Positions 1 to 12,996 of a stretch of 56,865 nt of DNA are shown one piece after another. The notes beneath the pieces are model-generated. The model was not told where the DNA came from, did not search any database, and saw nothing but the letters and a program-made list of their open reading frames with translations. This stretch comes from Octopus bimaculoides (lineage: Eukaryota): assembly GCF_001194135.2 (NCBI RefSeq), contig NC_068982.1, positions 66,778,118-66,834,982 on the forward strand, read 5' to 3'. Within the stretch, counting starts at the first letter, position 1. Every line of letters starts with the position of its first letter. The position numbers were made by a program, and so were the translations under genes.

Positions 1-29
1 ATATATATATATATAATTAATTACACACA

Positions 30-880
30 CAGGGTACAATGGGTAAATTGTTGCCATTTTATATTTTTAATTTCATGCATGTGCATCGTTTGTTTTTGAT
101 TTTGTCGACTACACAGTATAGTAGGGTCAGTTGGGCACTGAGAAAAATAGCACCATGACACAATTCACTCTGCCAGAAATTTGGAAATGACATGCTGTAC
201 TGCTTGGCATTTGCACCAGAAACTCCAATACAAACATTTCAGAGTGTTTGCTGTGTCCCCAAAACATGTACTGAGAGTGATAAAAATCAAACATCCAGTC
301 AACATCATGGTGTTTAGAGCGATCACTACAGATGGCAACGTTATGCCTCCATTCATCTTCCTACACAACCTCATAGGCCTACATGAAGTGCCTGGAGGAG
401 GTAGTGCTGCCCTGGGTCAAGAGGCTGGCTGCTGGAAGACTATGTCTGGCAACAGGACTCTACACCATGCCACACAAGCACGAGAATTCAATCATGACTG
501 TCAGGCAATTTCTGTGACCACATCACCCCTAACATCTGGCCACCTAACTCCCCAGACTGCAGTTCCCTTGATTATTATGTGTGGGGCACAGTTGAGCGAG
601 AAACAAACAAAACTCCTTGTAACAGTAAAGATGAACTGGAGGCAAGGATTATGGCAGCATTCACTAATTTAAACAAGGAGACCGTCCAGAAGAGTTGCAG
701 GAGATTCCGAAGTCGTCTAGAGGCTGTGGTTGAAGCCAATGACGATTTTATTGAATGAATTTACTCTTCAGTATTTCTAGATAGTTTTATGTAATTTTGG
801 TAAATATATCTATTAAAATGAGATGTCTGTTATTTTTCATTTTTGTGTAATTTAAACGACAATTTATTCACCACACCTAT
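30..880 (+). mobile_element. Degenerate, internally deleted Tc1/mariner element of the DD37D (maT/Bmmar1-like) type
   Basis: An alternative frame at about 440-758 reads YVWQQDSTPCHTSTRIQS*LSGNFCDHITPNIWPPNSPDCSSLDYYVWG...RSRLEAVVEANDDFIE*, with 37 residues between the last two catalytic Asp. KHPVNIMVF..GNVMPPFIF lies upstream. The termini are poorly matching inverted repeats sharing taaattgt.g and sit in (TA)n. Confidence 0.8.
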
Positions 881-3163
881 ATATATGCTAAAAAAAATTT
901 GATATTTGTATTCCTTTATGTATGTTTCAAGGAGTTAATCCCATATTTTCAGTACACCAGTAGCATGTTGTGCCCAATCATACATTGCTGATTATATAAG
1001 ATGGAAAAAATTTTAACATTGTCAGTGGTATAGGAATGCCATGTCTCCTGTAAACCATATAGCTGTGATAATCACTTCAAGAAAGCAACATTACAACCTT
1101 TGACTAAATTAAGTGGCTATGATGATATAAAGAGACTCATCGAAATAAGAAACTATGCAGAGGAAGTCTTATTCTTTGATGACATTTTCTAGTGAAAAGT
1201 ATACAATAGACACAGGTTTAGCTGTGGGAATTACAAGTTTGGTTCACAACCACATAGTTTCAGCTTTGATTTCTGTGTGACACCTTTATTGTCTACAACA
1301 ACATTAGGTTAACTAATGCCTTGTGTATGGAATTTATTAGATGAAAACCCATAAGTATGTAGGTTTCTATGTTATGGTGATTATATATTGGTAAGAAAAA
1401 CAAAACTGGTAGTCTCTGAACAAAGTCTCTTGTATTTGTTCTTTACCAAGTTACAAACTCTCCCTTGTCACAAATGCAGTTAAATAATTGATGAGTTAGA
1501 AACTTGTAATTAATTGCTTTATTGTTTGCCAGACATAAATAAACAAATGAGCTGGACACTTAGAGCCTGCGAATCATCTGTGGGAAAGACATGAATGTCA
1601 TGATTCTCATAATTTTATCTTAAAAAACAAATAGAACCATTTCAGGCTTCGTACTAATGTAAGAAACCATTCTTTTCCTCAAATTCAGTTATGGAATATT
1701 ATCTTTAGTTCACTACTCTTACAAATAATACTAATAATCTAATATAATTTTTTTTCTTATCTTTTTTCATAATCAAAGTGTTTTCACAAAATCCTTTAAA
1801 CAAGTAATTTCCATAAATGTAAAATTGCTTAACTGAAATGTTTGCAATGCTTTATAATAAAAGTTCTATTGTATGTGTTAACCTATCAAAATTGTTTTTA
1901 CTATTCCCTACCAAAAAAAAAAAAAAAAGCATTTACCAAGACTTTATAAAACAATATCAAAAAAAGAAGACCAATTATATACTTGCAATGTTGATATGTA
2001 GAACAACTACAGCTGTTAGACTGGGTTACCATACTAATGATTATAAAAGCAAGAACTTTCTCAGGATTATTTAAGAGTAACAAATTGGTGAAGATGGCAG
2101 TTAACTAATCATTGATGTTTCAATAACATTTTGGTAATTCTACAGGTTTTCACAATTGTGCCTTGGAAGTACTCAAAAATACATTTATGTTATTTTGATA
2201 ATGGGACAAAGGTTTTTTTTTTAAAGAATAATATGCAGTTAACTCAGTAAAGTGCATATTTGTATCACCCCCAATGAAGTTATTTTTTTGAACATTCACT
2301 TAATCAGTCATTATTCAAACTGCCATATTCTTATGATTTTTCACATATATACTGAGCTGCCATCTGAAACAAATTACTAATAATATCAAATGGGGTAGAC
2401 ATCATAAATGACAAAGATCTTTCACTGTGATTGCAAGTCAAATAACTATGGAGATTGTACATTTAATATTTCACTTAATGAATTTCTAAGCTGGGATTGA
2501 TAGACAAGTTTGTCTATGTTTTATTGCAGATGTTGTATTTGGGGAATGAATGTTGATATAAACAAATGATTCACAATTAAAATAAATTATTTTGAATAGT
2601 TAATGGCCTATTGATTGACATTTAGGCTTTTCAAAACATAATAAATGGAAAATACACTTTTCACCTTGGTGACAAAAGATATAATAGATGTTAGTTTATG
2701 TGAGCAGGGTTTATATTAAACACAGCAGCAATAAGGTGCTACTTGGTAGATCATCAGCATCATTAAACCCCATTGCATAGAAGGGTACCTCAATCTAAGT
2801 GGAAATGTAATAAACAATATCAGTTGATAACATTTTGTTTGGATTTTCCATGAATTTCTTGATAAATGGACATTGTCAACAATCTGCAAAATGTGAAACA
2901 ATTATTGAGAAACAATTTAGTGACATTGCAAAGATTGATTATTTCAGGAAGTACAATGAATCTTAAGGATAATTGTTTTAAGGTGGCTTTAGTTGTCAAT
3001 GTTGTTGGGAAATGTGCATGCATAAATATATCTCAACTAGACCCATGAAATAGAAAAGCTGTTTGTGAGTCCTCTTGCTGTCAAAATAAAGTAAACTCTA
3101 CATAATCAAATATCAAGTCCTCACTTGAGTTTATAGTCTTTCTAGATGTATACTGGGTGCATT

Positions 3164-3244
<81 letters not shown>

Positions 3245-4025
3245 AATATGTATGTGTGTGTGTGTAAAGATGCATACACAAATGTAACACTTTGTGAGCA
3301 AATGGTTAGTAAGCAATAATATGTTTAAACTAAGATTTTGATGTTCCAGTCAAACCAAAAGATTGCAGAGCATTAAAGTTGAATAATAAACTTAATATCA
3401 GTTTATAAAAAAGATAACTAACTTCTTAAATGCCTTTTGTCAATATCTATTTTTCTTAAGCAAAAACAAAACTAATTCTCAATATGTCAAATTTCAAGTC
3501 TGGAATTTGTTCATCTAGATATGACAGTGATTGTGGTAAATCTGTACATTCACAACTACAAGGAACTGGTGCAATATGTATGTCTAAAAATATATCAAAA
3601 GAGCAGCATGGAAACCTAATAATCACTACAACTTAAGAACTGTAGTGATTCTAACAAGGATTATTCAGAAGATATTCCAGTTTAGATGATGTCTTGGTCC
3701 TTAAATACTGACTAAGGAAATTATAATTCTCAACAATATTGCATTCATTGTTGTTTAACGGAAGGCAAAAATATCAATAAAATCCGAATGCCTATATTAT
3801 AAATCTCAAAATGTTAATTAAAACCAGATGAATATCTAATATAGGCACAAGGCCTCAAATTTCTGGAGGGAAAACAATCTCAGTATATTACTGGTACATT
3901 TTTATTAATCGCAAAAAGATGACAGTCAAAACTCAGGCATTTCGTCTGTCACTCTACCAATTCTGTTGATTAATCAATAAAACTTCTCTGCAATAAAATA
4001 AATGATAAAAATAAGAAATTATATA

Positions 4026-5251
4026 TTGGGTTGGCAACTAAGTTCCCGCCGTTTTTTTAAATTTTGGAATTTATTGCATTTTTAAATTTTGGAATCTATT
4101 TTGTTTTTTTTCAAGTTAATTTTAGTTAATTTTTGTTTATTTTCAGATCATTAAAATGGAATGTCATGTTAAGAAAAATGAGCATTTTCGACATCTTTTT
4201 GCTTTTAATCAAGGTTTTAAGGCCGCAAAAGCTGCTCGTGACATTTGTGCTGTGTATGGAGAGGGTGCCATAGTTGAAAGAACCACTCATGATTGGTATA
4301 CCAAGTTCAAAAATGGAAATTTTGATCTCAAAGATGCACCTCGTTCTGGCTGTCCAGTTGAGTTCGATGAAGAGCGATTAAACCAACTTTTGCATGAAAA
4401 TTCTCGTCAAACAACAAGGGAACTGGCAGAGAAAATGGAATGCTCCCACACTGCTATAGAGAAGCATCTTAACTCGATGGTAAAGGTCCAGAAGTATGGC
4501 TCATGGGTTCCATATGCTTTAAGTGACAACAACAAAAATCAATGAGCCACAATCTCCACTGGTTTACTTGCTCGTCACCGCTCAACTCATGGACACAAGC
4601 AACGATTTCTTTACCGAATCATTACTGGCAACAAAAAATGGTGCCTGTACATCAATATGAAGCAGCATAAGGAATGGCTAAGCTCTGGTAAACAAGTGAC
4701 ACTACGCATGAAACAAGATCTTCATTCACGTAAAATGATGTTGGGCATATGGTGGGACTCGGAAGGGATTATCCATTATGAATTGCTTGAACGGAACCAA
4801 ACGGTCAACATGGAACTCTATGTTCAACAGATGGAATGACTCAACACGGCTATTCAAAAGAAAAATCGGTAGCATGGAGTTCTTCTGCTGCACGACAACG
4901 GCTGCCCTCATATTGCCAATATGACCAAGGAAGCTATTCAAATGCATGGCTGGGAAGTGCTGCCACATCCGCCGTATTCTCCTGATTTGGCATCAATGGA
5001 TTTCCACTTTTTCCGATCTCTTTCAAACGCTATGCGCGGTGTTTCGTTCAATACTGATGCAGAATTGAGAGCTTGGTTGGATCAATCGGGTGATTTCTAC
5101 CAACGAGGTATTAAAAATCTTGTTGAACGTTGGGAAGAAGTTGTAAACAACAAGGGAGAATACATTATTGATTAATTAGTTGTTATTTTTTATTAAACCT
5201 TTTAAAAACTTTAAATTTAAAAAAATGGCGGGAACTTAGTTGCCAACCCAA
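4026..5251 (+). mobile_element. Full-length mariner (DD34D) DNA transposon, inactive
   Basis: Perfect 25-bp TIRs ttgggttggcaactaagttcccgcc at 4026-4050 and 5227-5251. TA precedes the left TIR; the right flank reads aata. Confidence 0.95.
4156..5175 (+). pseudogene. Mariner transposase pseudogene (single frame, 3 premature stops)
   Basis: The ORFs at 4156, 4657 and 4921 share one frame. Motifs: HTH region, WVPY (WVPHEL-like), ITGNKKW (decayed TGDEKW), HDN-x-PH, YSPDLASMD; 34 residues separate the last two Asp. Confidence 0.95.
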
Positions 5252-6204
5252 AATAACAAGCTACTGAATAAAACTAGAAATAATGTAAGCATTTTTATGT
5301 GAAGTTCACAAATAGCACTTAAAGATATGTCTGTTTATAATGTTTTGGATATTTAATAACTCATGTGCTTATTAAAATAGTTATATTGTGATATAAACTG
5401 CCATAAATGTCAGTGTATAAAGATCTTTAAATTTAGAAAAAATGACTTAAATTCTGTGATGTACAGTAGCATGAATAATGGTTGACAGCAGGTGTTAGTA
5501 ATTTTTAAAAATTTCATTTTTATGGAGCCCTAGGCCTTATAAGGCTGGTTACCTGGTTTCCATGACATGTAAATGACTGAGATCACAGCATTACCCCAGA
5601 ATGGGATACCAGTCCATTATGGGGTTCATGACCAGTAATTTTGAAGGGAACAGACAGTTCAATTATATTGACCCAGTACTTGACAGATACTTCATTTTAT
5701 CAACTCCAAAGGCATGAAAGCAAACTTAACCTCATCAAGATTTGAACTCAGAACATAAAGAATTGGAAGAAATGCTGCTAAGCTCACTGCCTTTGGTATT
5801 ATTAGTTACCAATGTTTTATTATAAGCATAGTCATTTTATACACTGACATATATGGTAGATATTTAAAACCTTGGTGGGCACTGTTTTCTTTGAGCAAAA
5901 TCAAGTTAGTGTTTAAGTCATTAAACGACTGGCTAATTACATGGACTAGCTGAATGATCATTTATATAAAACTAAAAAATTATTGACTCAATTTGTTCAA
6001 AAAACAGCTATTGTACATGATACAGCAAAATCCAGTATTTTTAAGCAATCAGTAAATATTGAGAGAAAGTGGTAATCTCACAATGGTTTTTGAAGTAGCT
6101 TTCATCTACTTACTGAATATACGCTCTACAAATATCTAGTCACATACTACGTATGTGGAATCAACACTAAAGTTGATTCTTCATATGTGGTATGTATGTG
6201 TGTG

Positions 6205-7070
6205 TATTCCTGCAGAGAAAGGCTTGGTGGTCTCATTCTTTTAGTAATTCAAGAGGGGTGTTCTCTGGACTTGAAGATTTTCATGGTTTCATATTGTCCA
6301 TATCATTTTCAAACACTCATAAGGATGGTTGTACATTCATCAATAATTTTTCAGGATTACATGGGACATTTCTCAAGAAAGTTTCTGCAGTTGAATCTCA
6401 ATTCAGCAATGAAAAAAAAAATGCTCCTCTTTTCAGTGTTCAAGAACATATTGTGGATTTTTCAGAATGCTGGTGTTGCTGGCAACTAGGAGTTTTCCCA
6501 TTATGTGCATACAGGCCAAACATTTGCTTTATTCCAGTTAAGAAATTTCTGAGATCACAGCTATCTGTACAGTTTTGAAGCTTTGTAACTTTCTACAACT
6601 TTCAGTGTTCTGCATTTTCTGAGTTTGGTTTGACATTGGTATTTGAATTTTTAATGGGAAATCATTTTAGATTTTCATTTGGGCCTTGTGCATTCACTGA
6701 TTCTGAAACAATGCCATCAAGAGTGTGGTTCTCTTATTAAGGCCATTCTGAATAGCATAGTCAAAGAGGACTGAGACTGAACATGACTAACCTCCTTCAA
6801 GACCCCATTTGCTGAAAAGTGGTTTTAGGCAACAACAATGGTTGATCTTGTTAATGTCTGAACTGGCAGATGAGAACAATGCCAGGCAGATTGGTTAAGA
6901 AGGTACTATTTGAAATTACAACTGAGTCAGCAGCAGCTTATTGCAGTTTCATCACTTGATACTGTTTCATTCTACATATGATGCAGAGAATGGTCCTGAA
7001 AGTATAGAGTATGTGTTTCACTCCCTGGCATATTGACCTCCACCAAAAACAAATCAGTACATTCCTTCTT
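6205..7070 (-). mobile_element. Old RTE-clade LINE remnant (linker region upstream of the RT)
   Basis: Minus-strand fragments KLQNCTDSCDLRNFLTGIKQMFG and MKP*KSSSPENTPLELLKE resemble the RTE motifs IQ..AD.GN.R..Y.GIK..FG and KAPGPDGIPAELLK. Many stops. Confidence 0.5.
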
Positions 7071-7843
7071 GCTGATATTTCCTGACATTTACTATAGTAA
7101 AAACTCTGTTCTGGTCTTCTTTAACACTTTAACCTTTTAGCTTGCATAAAGCTGTCTTTCTTTCTACAGCAATCTCATTCCACTGAAGGGGGTCTTAGTC
7201 TTATGAATTGCATGGCAACCTCACTAGTGCTGATGGCTTGAGAAAAGCACTCATTACACACTGTAAAGCAGTTGGCATAAGGAAAGGCATCCAGCCATGT
7301 TAAAGCAGAGATTGGAGCATGATACAGTTTTCAGATCTGTTTGCCCAACACATGCAAACATGGAAGATGGACATTAAAAGATGATGATGATGTCTGTATA
7401 AGTACCCAGATATATGCATGTGTACATGAATATGTGCATGTAGATAAACAAAATATTGAGGGAAAATATACATTAGACAAAATATTCTTAAGCAACTTAG
7501 TAATCAGAGCATAGAACAAATTGAGTTCTCTTATGAAACAACAGATAAATTGTCATTACAACAGATACAGTTGAATATATCTGCAGTAAATAATCATTCT
7601 AATAAAGTAAAATGTAAGTCTAATTCTTACATTATTCTATGACTAATTTTTATTAGATAATTGGGTTGACCAATCAGCCTGTCACTGTTTTGCTCAAAAG
7701 AAGAAAGGTCATGCTAAACTCTTCAAGAATATATATGTACCTTTATATATATTTTTTTTGTCTGTTGAAATCCTGATAAATTTATTACAAACTTTTAAAT
7801 AATAAAACCCTGATTATTTATTTCATAGTCTTTGTGTGTGTGA

Positions 7844-8175
7844 AGGTGCATGGCTCAGTGGTTAGAGTGTCGAACTTACGATCGTGAGGTTGTGAATTCG
7901 ATTCCCGGACCGGGCTGTGTGTTGTGCTCTTGAGCAAGACACTTTATTTCACATTGCTCCAGTTCACACAGCTGTAGATATGAGTTGCGACGTCACTGGT
8001 GCCAAGCTGTATCGGCCTTTGCCTTTCCCTTGGATAACATCGGTGGCATGGAGAGGGGAGGCTGGTATGCATGGGTGACTGCTGGTTTTCCATAAACAAC
8101 CTTGCCCGGACTTGTGTCTCAGAGGGTAACTTTCTAGGTGCAATCCCATGGTCATTTGTGACCGAAAGGGGTCTC
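7844..8175 (+). mobile_element. tRNA-derived SINE, family A
   Basis: A-box tggctcagtgg (7851-7861) and B-box-like gaattcgattcc (about 7894-7905), followed by a body that recurs inverted at 29593-29890. Confidence 0.85.
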
Positions 8176-8651
8176 CGAGTCCTTGTGTGTCTTTTGTGAA
8201 CTTACTCTGTTGCAAAGCATTCAAACCAGACTCCAATTCTTTCTCCATCATCCATATTTTTTCTGCAGATATTTATCTGTAATTACTCGGGCTGGGCATT
8301 GACCAGAACAGTCTCACCAATCTAAGAGAGCTTACAAAGTTCACAAGTATTGCTACTCTTCATCAGATTAACTTTAAAAAATATTGTTCCCATCATTTTT
8401 AGTGTAGGAACATCAATAAGTCTAAGAGTTCAAGTATAAATTTAAAATATCTTTCTAGTACTTATAAATATTTATTTTCATAAAAATTTGCACTGTGACT
8501 TTATTTAAATAAAATAAAATTCAAAAAGTCACTTTGTAATTTATTTTATTTAAGTAGACTTTATAATTTACCCTTATCTATGGTCAAGAATTATGGGTAG
8601 CCACTTGAAGTGATGAAAATGGGATTTTCTAAAGGGTTTCTCTAATAATGC

Positions 8652-8860
8652 TTTTAATCTTTGGCACAAGGCCAGCAAGTTCAGAGGAAAGATAGGTTGA
8701 TTAAATCAACCTCAGTGCTCAACTGGTACTTGTTTTATTGACCCTGAAAGGATGATAAAAGTTGATCTCAGTAGAATTTGAACTCAGAATGTAAAGATGG
8801 TTGAAATGAAGCTAAGCATTTTACCCGGTGTACTAACGATTCTGCCAGCTCGCCATTTTA
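8652..8860 (-). mobile_element. SINE-like repeat, family B (gagctggcagaatcgttagc...ccttgtgccaaa)
   Basis: Same roughly 200-bp unit recurs at about 15850-16065, 16078-16285, 21060-21260, 24212-24425, 24810-25020, 25285-25490, 28440-28640, 36470-36670, 37715-37928, 37945-38155 and 52605-52750. Confidence 0.85.
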
Positions 8861-8889
8861 AGGGTCACTCTAATAATATTACTTAAATG

Positions 8890-9242
8890 ATAAGGTGTGA
8901 AGCTTGAAAATCAGTGGGCCATTGAAGGCTGAGCCACTATTTCTCCATATTGAGAGGTCACAATTCTGGTACTACAAACATGTTGTTAGAATGTTTGAGA
9001 AAAGTATCAGAGGGAAGATTTTGCGATCAAGGCCAACCAGTAGGAAGTGTAGGAGAATTAGACCACAAGTGAGATGGTTGCATAATGTCCATAACATCTA
9101 TGGCTTCAGTTTGATTTACTCAGAGATCTGGCTTGATTATATGCTGATGGTTGCTTCATCAGGACACCCAGGAGAGCATTTCTGAGGACTCTGCCCTCCT
9201 GACCTACACAGGAATAAGTGGGTGGTGAAAATGAATGAATGG
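8890..9242 (+). mobile_element. 3' end of an RTE-type (Rex3-like) LINE
   Basis: EPLFLHIERSQFWYYKHVVRM...RPTSRKCRRIRPQVRW matches the RTE C-terminal pattern EPLLLRIERSQ.RW.GH..RM...RPRGRPR.RW. Ends in a short (gaat)n tail. Confidence 0.7.
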
Positions 9243-10954
9243 ACAAAAACCTTTAAGGAAACTAAAAGAAATTTTTTTTTTAAAAAAGGGTTAAAACATA
9301 AATTAAAGCTAAATAAACAGAACTAATGGAAAACACACACAGAGTGAGAAAGAGTTTCAAAAAGCCTGGAAGTTGGGGAATGGTAAACAAAGTAAATAAT
9401 TATGGCTTTATCTGTACAGGAGATCAACTTTACTAACTGATATTTTCATTGTTTGAGTTTATGATTAGAAAATTAGATTTTTATCTATTAATGAAAGGGG
9501 GGAAAAAGGGATACATTGCAAAACATAATGTTTGTGATATCCAAATAAAAATATACCATTTACCATTTTGTTGAGAAACAATTTTTAAATATCACAGATG
9601 AAGTTGAAGTTAGGTTTTTTTTTTTTTTTTTTTTTTNNNNNNNNNNAGTAGTATTAAATTATTAAATATACACACAATATATGAAACAGTTCTACCAAAG
9701 TAATGCTTTTTTTTTTTCATTTTTCCTAAAATTGTTATACTAGTTAGAACTAGCTAGAAATAGGTTAAACAATACTGAATTGATGAACAAAATACAATAC
9801 ATTAAGCATGACAAGTTGTGCCAAACAGTTTTACTAGTTACATTGACTTCGCAACAGTTTAAATATATCATTAATTAATTATAAATTAATACTACATCAT
9901 TAATTCTAAAGGTTGGTCAATAATTTACAGTGATTATTGAGATATATTTGAATTGAGAAGTTACTTGACTGTATTTTGTGAGAAAAATTTAAACATGGTT
10001 CATGATTTAAACACACACACATGACTCATACACATAAACAAGATATTGATTTTCATACAGTTTTCAGAAGAAGAAATAGTGTTTGTTGAATGTTAAACCT
10101 GCTGTAAAATGAAATCTTCAGAGAATTCTATGACTGGTAAGTTGAAGAAATTAAGGGTGTTCATAGCAAAATGGCTTTATATATACAAGGGATGACTGGA
10201 AGTAAAACAGCTAAGATGGATGGATGGACAGACAGATACTGTGTAGGTAGGATAGGTTACAGTTATAGAAAAGATAGAGAGACAATTACATACATAGTAA
10301 GCTAACATTAGCAGATTGGATATATAGGAAATTATGATAGGTTTTGCTCAAATGTACATTTAAAGTTTTACCAATGGAATTGATAAGAAGTATTTCAATA
10401 GCAATAAAAAAAATTAATTCTTATGAATAGAGAAAATTGTTGAAGTGTTCAACAGACCTTGGCTAAAATGTGTTTTAATCTATGAAAAGTAAATTAGATT
10501 CTCTGTTGTTATCTAAAAACTAATTCAAATAAATCCCTAAACAAACACACATTAGTGGTCAGCATTTATTTATCTAAATCTGTGATATATATCATCACCA
10601 TCATCCTCATTTTAATGTCCACTTTTTCACACTTGCATGGGTCAGATAGAATTCATTGAATGATAATTTTCTATGGCTGGACACCCTTCCTGTTGCCAAC
10701 TTCTATTTCCAAACAAGGTAATATTTCCCCATGGCCAGACCAGTTTACACAGAAGATTAGAAATGAACAACACTGCTTATGTGAGGGTGAGGATACAATT
10801 ATTGCTTAATAACAAGACAAGGAGGCACAAACACATACATACAAACAAACAAGTGTGCACATGTATGTGTGTATGTATCTTTTATTTATTTCAGTCTTTT
10901 AGACTGCAACCATGCTGAAGAACTGCCTAAGAATTTTAGTTAAACATGCCAACC

Positions 10955-11780
10955 CTAGCACTTATTTTTTCCACTGAGGTTGGAGATGCATCTTTGCTGA
11001 TTGTGAGCAATGAACTTGGTTTTACTAGAATTAACAAGTAGTCCAACATCATGTGAAGCTAATTCTAGACTGTGGTGTAATTGAGTGGAGTTTGATATTG
11101 TGTCAGAGGGCAAGGCTAAATTATCAGCATAGTCTAAATTGGTTATCTTTTGGCCCAGATGTTCAATCAATCTTCTTTTTGCGAGTGTGGAACTGAGGAT
11201 GTTTAGATTGTCAAGTGATGTTCTGAGGACATAGCCCAGAGTGATCACAAAGAGAAAAGGTGCTAGTATGTACTGCTGGAGTACTCTGGCTTTGATATTG
11301 TTATAGAGCATCATAATTGCTGTTATTGTTTATTCAGGGATACCATAGACTGGTAGTATTTTTTCCATTTTACCATGATGATGGAATCAAAAGCCTTTGA
11401 GAAATCAACAAACAGTAATACTGCTTCAAGATTTCTGGATTTTACTTCTTCCAGAAGATGATGAACTGTAAGTATTAATCCAACAGTTAATCTATTCTTT
11501 CTGAAGCTATTTTAATTTCTTTTCAAAACTTAATTTCTGATTCAATCCTGTTGAGTAGGAATGAATTATAAATTTTTGCAGTGATGGTTGTAAGAATGAT
11601 ACCTTTGTAGTTCTTTGTGAGACCCAAATTGCCTTTCTTGGGAAATGGGAGTATGCAGTCTTCTGCCCATTTGTCCATATTGCCTCCATTGTAGACCTTA
11701 TTGTTGAAGCCTAACACAATATCATTCAATTTTCTTGTTTTCCAAACTTCAGGTGGCATGTTATCCAGTCCAGCAGCTGT
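10955..11780 (-). mobile_element. RTE LINE reverse transcriptase fragments (deleted, degenerate)
   Basis: AAGLDNMPPEVWK...ILPFPKKGNLGLTKNYKGIIL (11523-11789) and VLQ..ILAPFLFVITLGYVLR...LDYADNLAL...GLLVNSSKTKF (10955-11314) are RT domain motifs, including a decayed YADD. Confidence 0.9.
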
Positions 11781-11799
11781 TACACACACATATATATAG

Positions 11800-12101
11800 G
11801 CAATAGAATCCAGAACCTGGTGCTAGTCCCGCTTTTCCTCAGTTCAAAGATTTGAGCAAAGTTGACTCCAACATCAGGACCAACTTCATGCAAACAAAAC
11901 ACTGCTCCTCTAAATGGAAACCTTTCCCTTCTTGGTTTTGTGGCATGAAGCAAAGACGGCCTTGCCGTCCACTCAAGAAAACACATAGTAAATGATCCAC
12001 AAGCCCTCAAGCAAACCGAGTCCTCAACTTGTTCCATTTGCCAAATGGTTTGCAAGGCACCAGCAGGCCTCAGGAGACACATTTGTGTCCATAGAACATG
12101 A
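11800..12101 (+). mobile_element. Probable LINE C-terminal fragment with C2H2 zinc finger(s)
   Basis: The + frame ends in CSICQMVCKAPAGLRRHICVHRT* (CX2CX12HX3H, 12030-12101), preceded by a decayed finger GFVA*SKDGLAVHSRKH. Internal stops present. Confidence 0.5.
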
Positions 12102-12366
12102 TTAATACTGGGCATCTAACTGCAGAAACTTTGCTAGATCAGATTGAGCCTGGTTCACCAGTCCTCAGTCAAACCGTCCAAACCATGCCAGCATGGAAAG
12201 CGGACGTTAAACGACGATGATGATGATGATGATGATATACAGACACGCACTGACATATACATATATGTATATATATATATATATATTTCACATATACATA
12301 TATAAATACATATATATATATACACATACACATATATATATTTATATATGTATATGTGAATATACA

Positions 12367-12406
<40 letters not shown>

Positions 12407-12498
12407 TATATATATATAGAGAGAGAGAGAGATAGATAGATACATACATATATGTTTGTGATTAATGAGAGACACAGAAGATACAAGAATCTTTATTG

Positions 12499-12602
12499 AT
12501 CACTACAAATGTTTCAACCCAACTGGCATCAATCCCTCACAGGTGGGATACTATACAAGTGCATCCTTAGATGCACTTAAACCAGATGCTTCCTCAGGTG
12601 AT
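12499..12602 (-). ncRNA. Type I hammerhead ribozyme motif (HH-A, left arm)
   Basis: Reverse complement reads AUCAC-CUGAGGA-[75 nt]-GAAA-CAUUUG-UA/GUGAU. Core intact; one change in the stem III palindrome. Confidence 0.65.
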
Positions 12603-12890
12603 TTCAAGAGATATCTCATTAAAATAAACTGCTTCATAAGATTTCTTCTTGGTCTTCATATATAGAAATGATGAATTAAGGGGTACAGCTTCGTTCCATA
12701 ACAAAAATCAGATACGAAAAGAAACAAAGACACAATACAGTGAAAAAGTGTTTTTGTATCTGATCTTTGTTATGGATCTATGGATCTTCTATAAGAACAA
12801 AGCTGTATTCCTTAATTTGCCATTTATATATATGAAAACCAAGAAGAAATCTTGTAAAACAGAGTTCATTTTAATGAAATACCTCTTGTA

Positions 12891-12996
12891 ATCACCTGAG
12901 GAAACACATCTACAATAAGGGATATGCCTAAACCAGCTGTATAGTATCTCACCTGTGAGGGATTGATGCTGGATGGGTTGAAACAATTGTAGTGAT
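12891..12996 (+). ncRNA. Type I hammerhead ribozyme motif (HH-A, right arm)
   Basis: AUCAC-CUGAGGA-[AAC..77 nt..GUU]-GAAA-CAAUUG-UA/GUGAU. Stem I is AUCAC/GUGAU, stem III is the palindrome ACAAUUGU, and predicted cleavage is after 12991. Confidence 0.75.

Noticed and set aside
181-672. 163-aa ORF as a host gene
   Set aside because: It is a frameshifted read through the DD37D transposase remnant; the catalytic motifs are in another frame with a stop.
2740-3600. Possible small exons (IEVPFYAMGFNDADDLP on minus near 2750-2800; YDSDCGKSVHSQLQGTGA on plus near 3520-3578)
   Set aside because: Splice-like signals exist, but there are no phase-linked partners or recognisable motifs; such hits are expected by chance in AT-rich DNA.
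6187-6578. Overlapping 100-aa and 128-aa + strand ORFs
   Set aside because: They are antisense shadows of a decayed RTE remnant.
7844-7915. tRNA gene
   Set aside because: The A/B boxes continue into a SINE body that is repeated elsewhere; no complete cloverleaf with an acceptor stem. The same applies to the other SINE heads.
8195-8330. Minus-strand exon ending at a gtaagt donor (MMEKELESGLNALQQ)
   Set aside because: All three frames from the best acceptor contain stops.
12155-12486. IYIYIY/YIYI ORFs here and at about 3081, 21460, 22805, 33900, 35574 and 45953
   Set aside because: Translations of (TA)n/(CA)n microsatellites or N-gaps.
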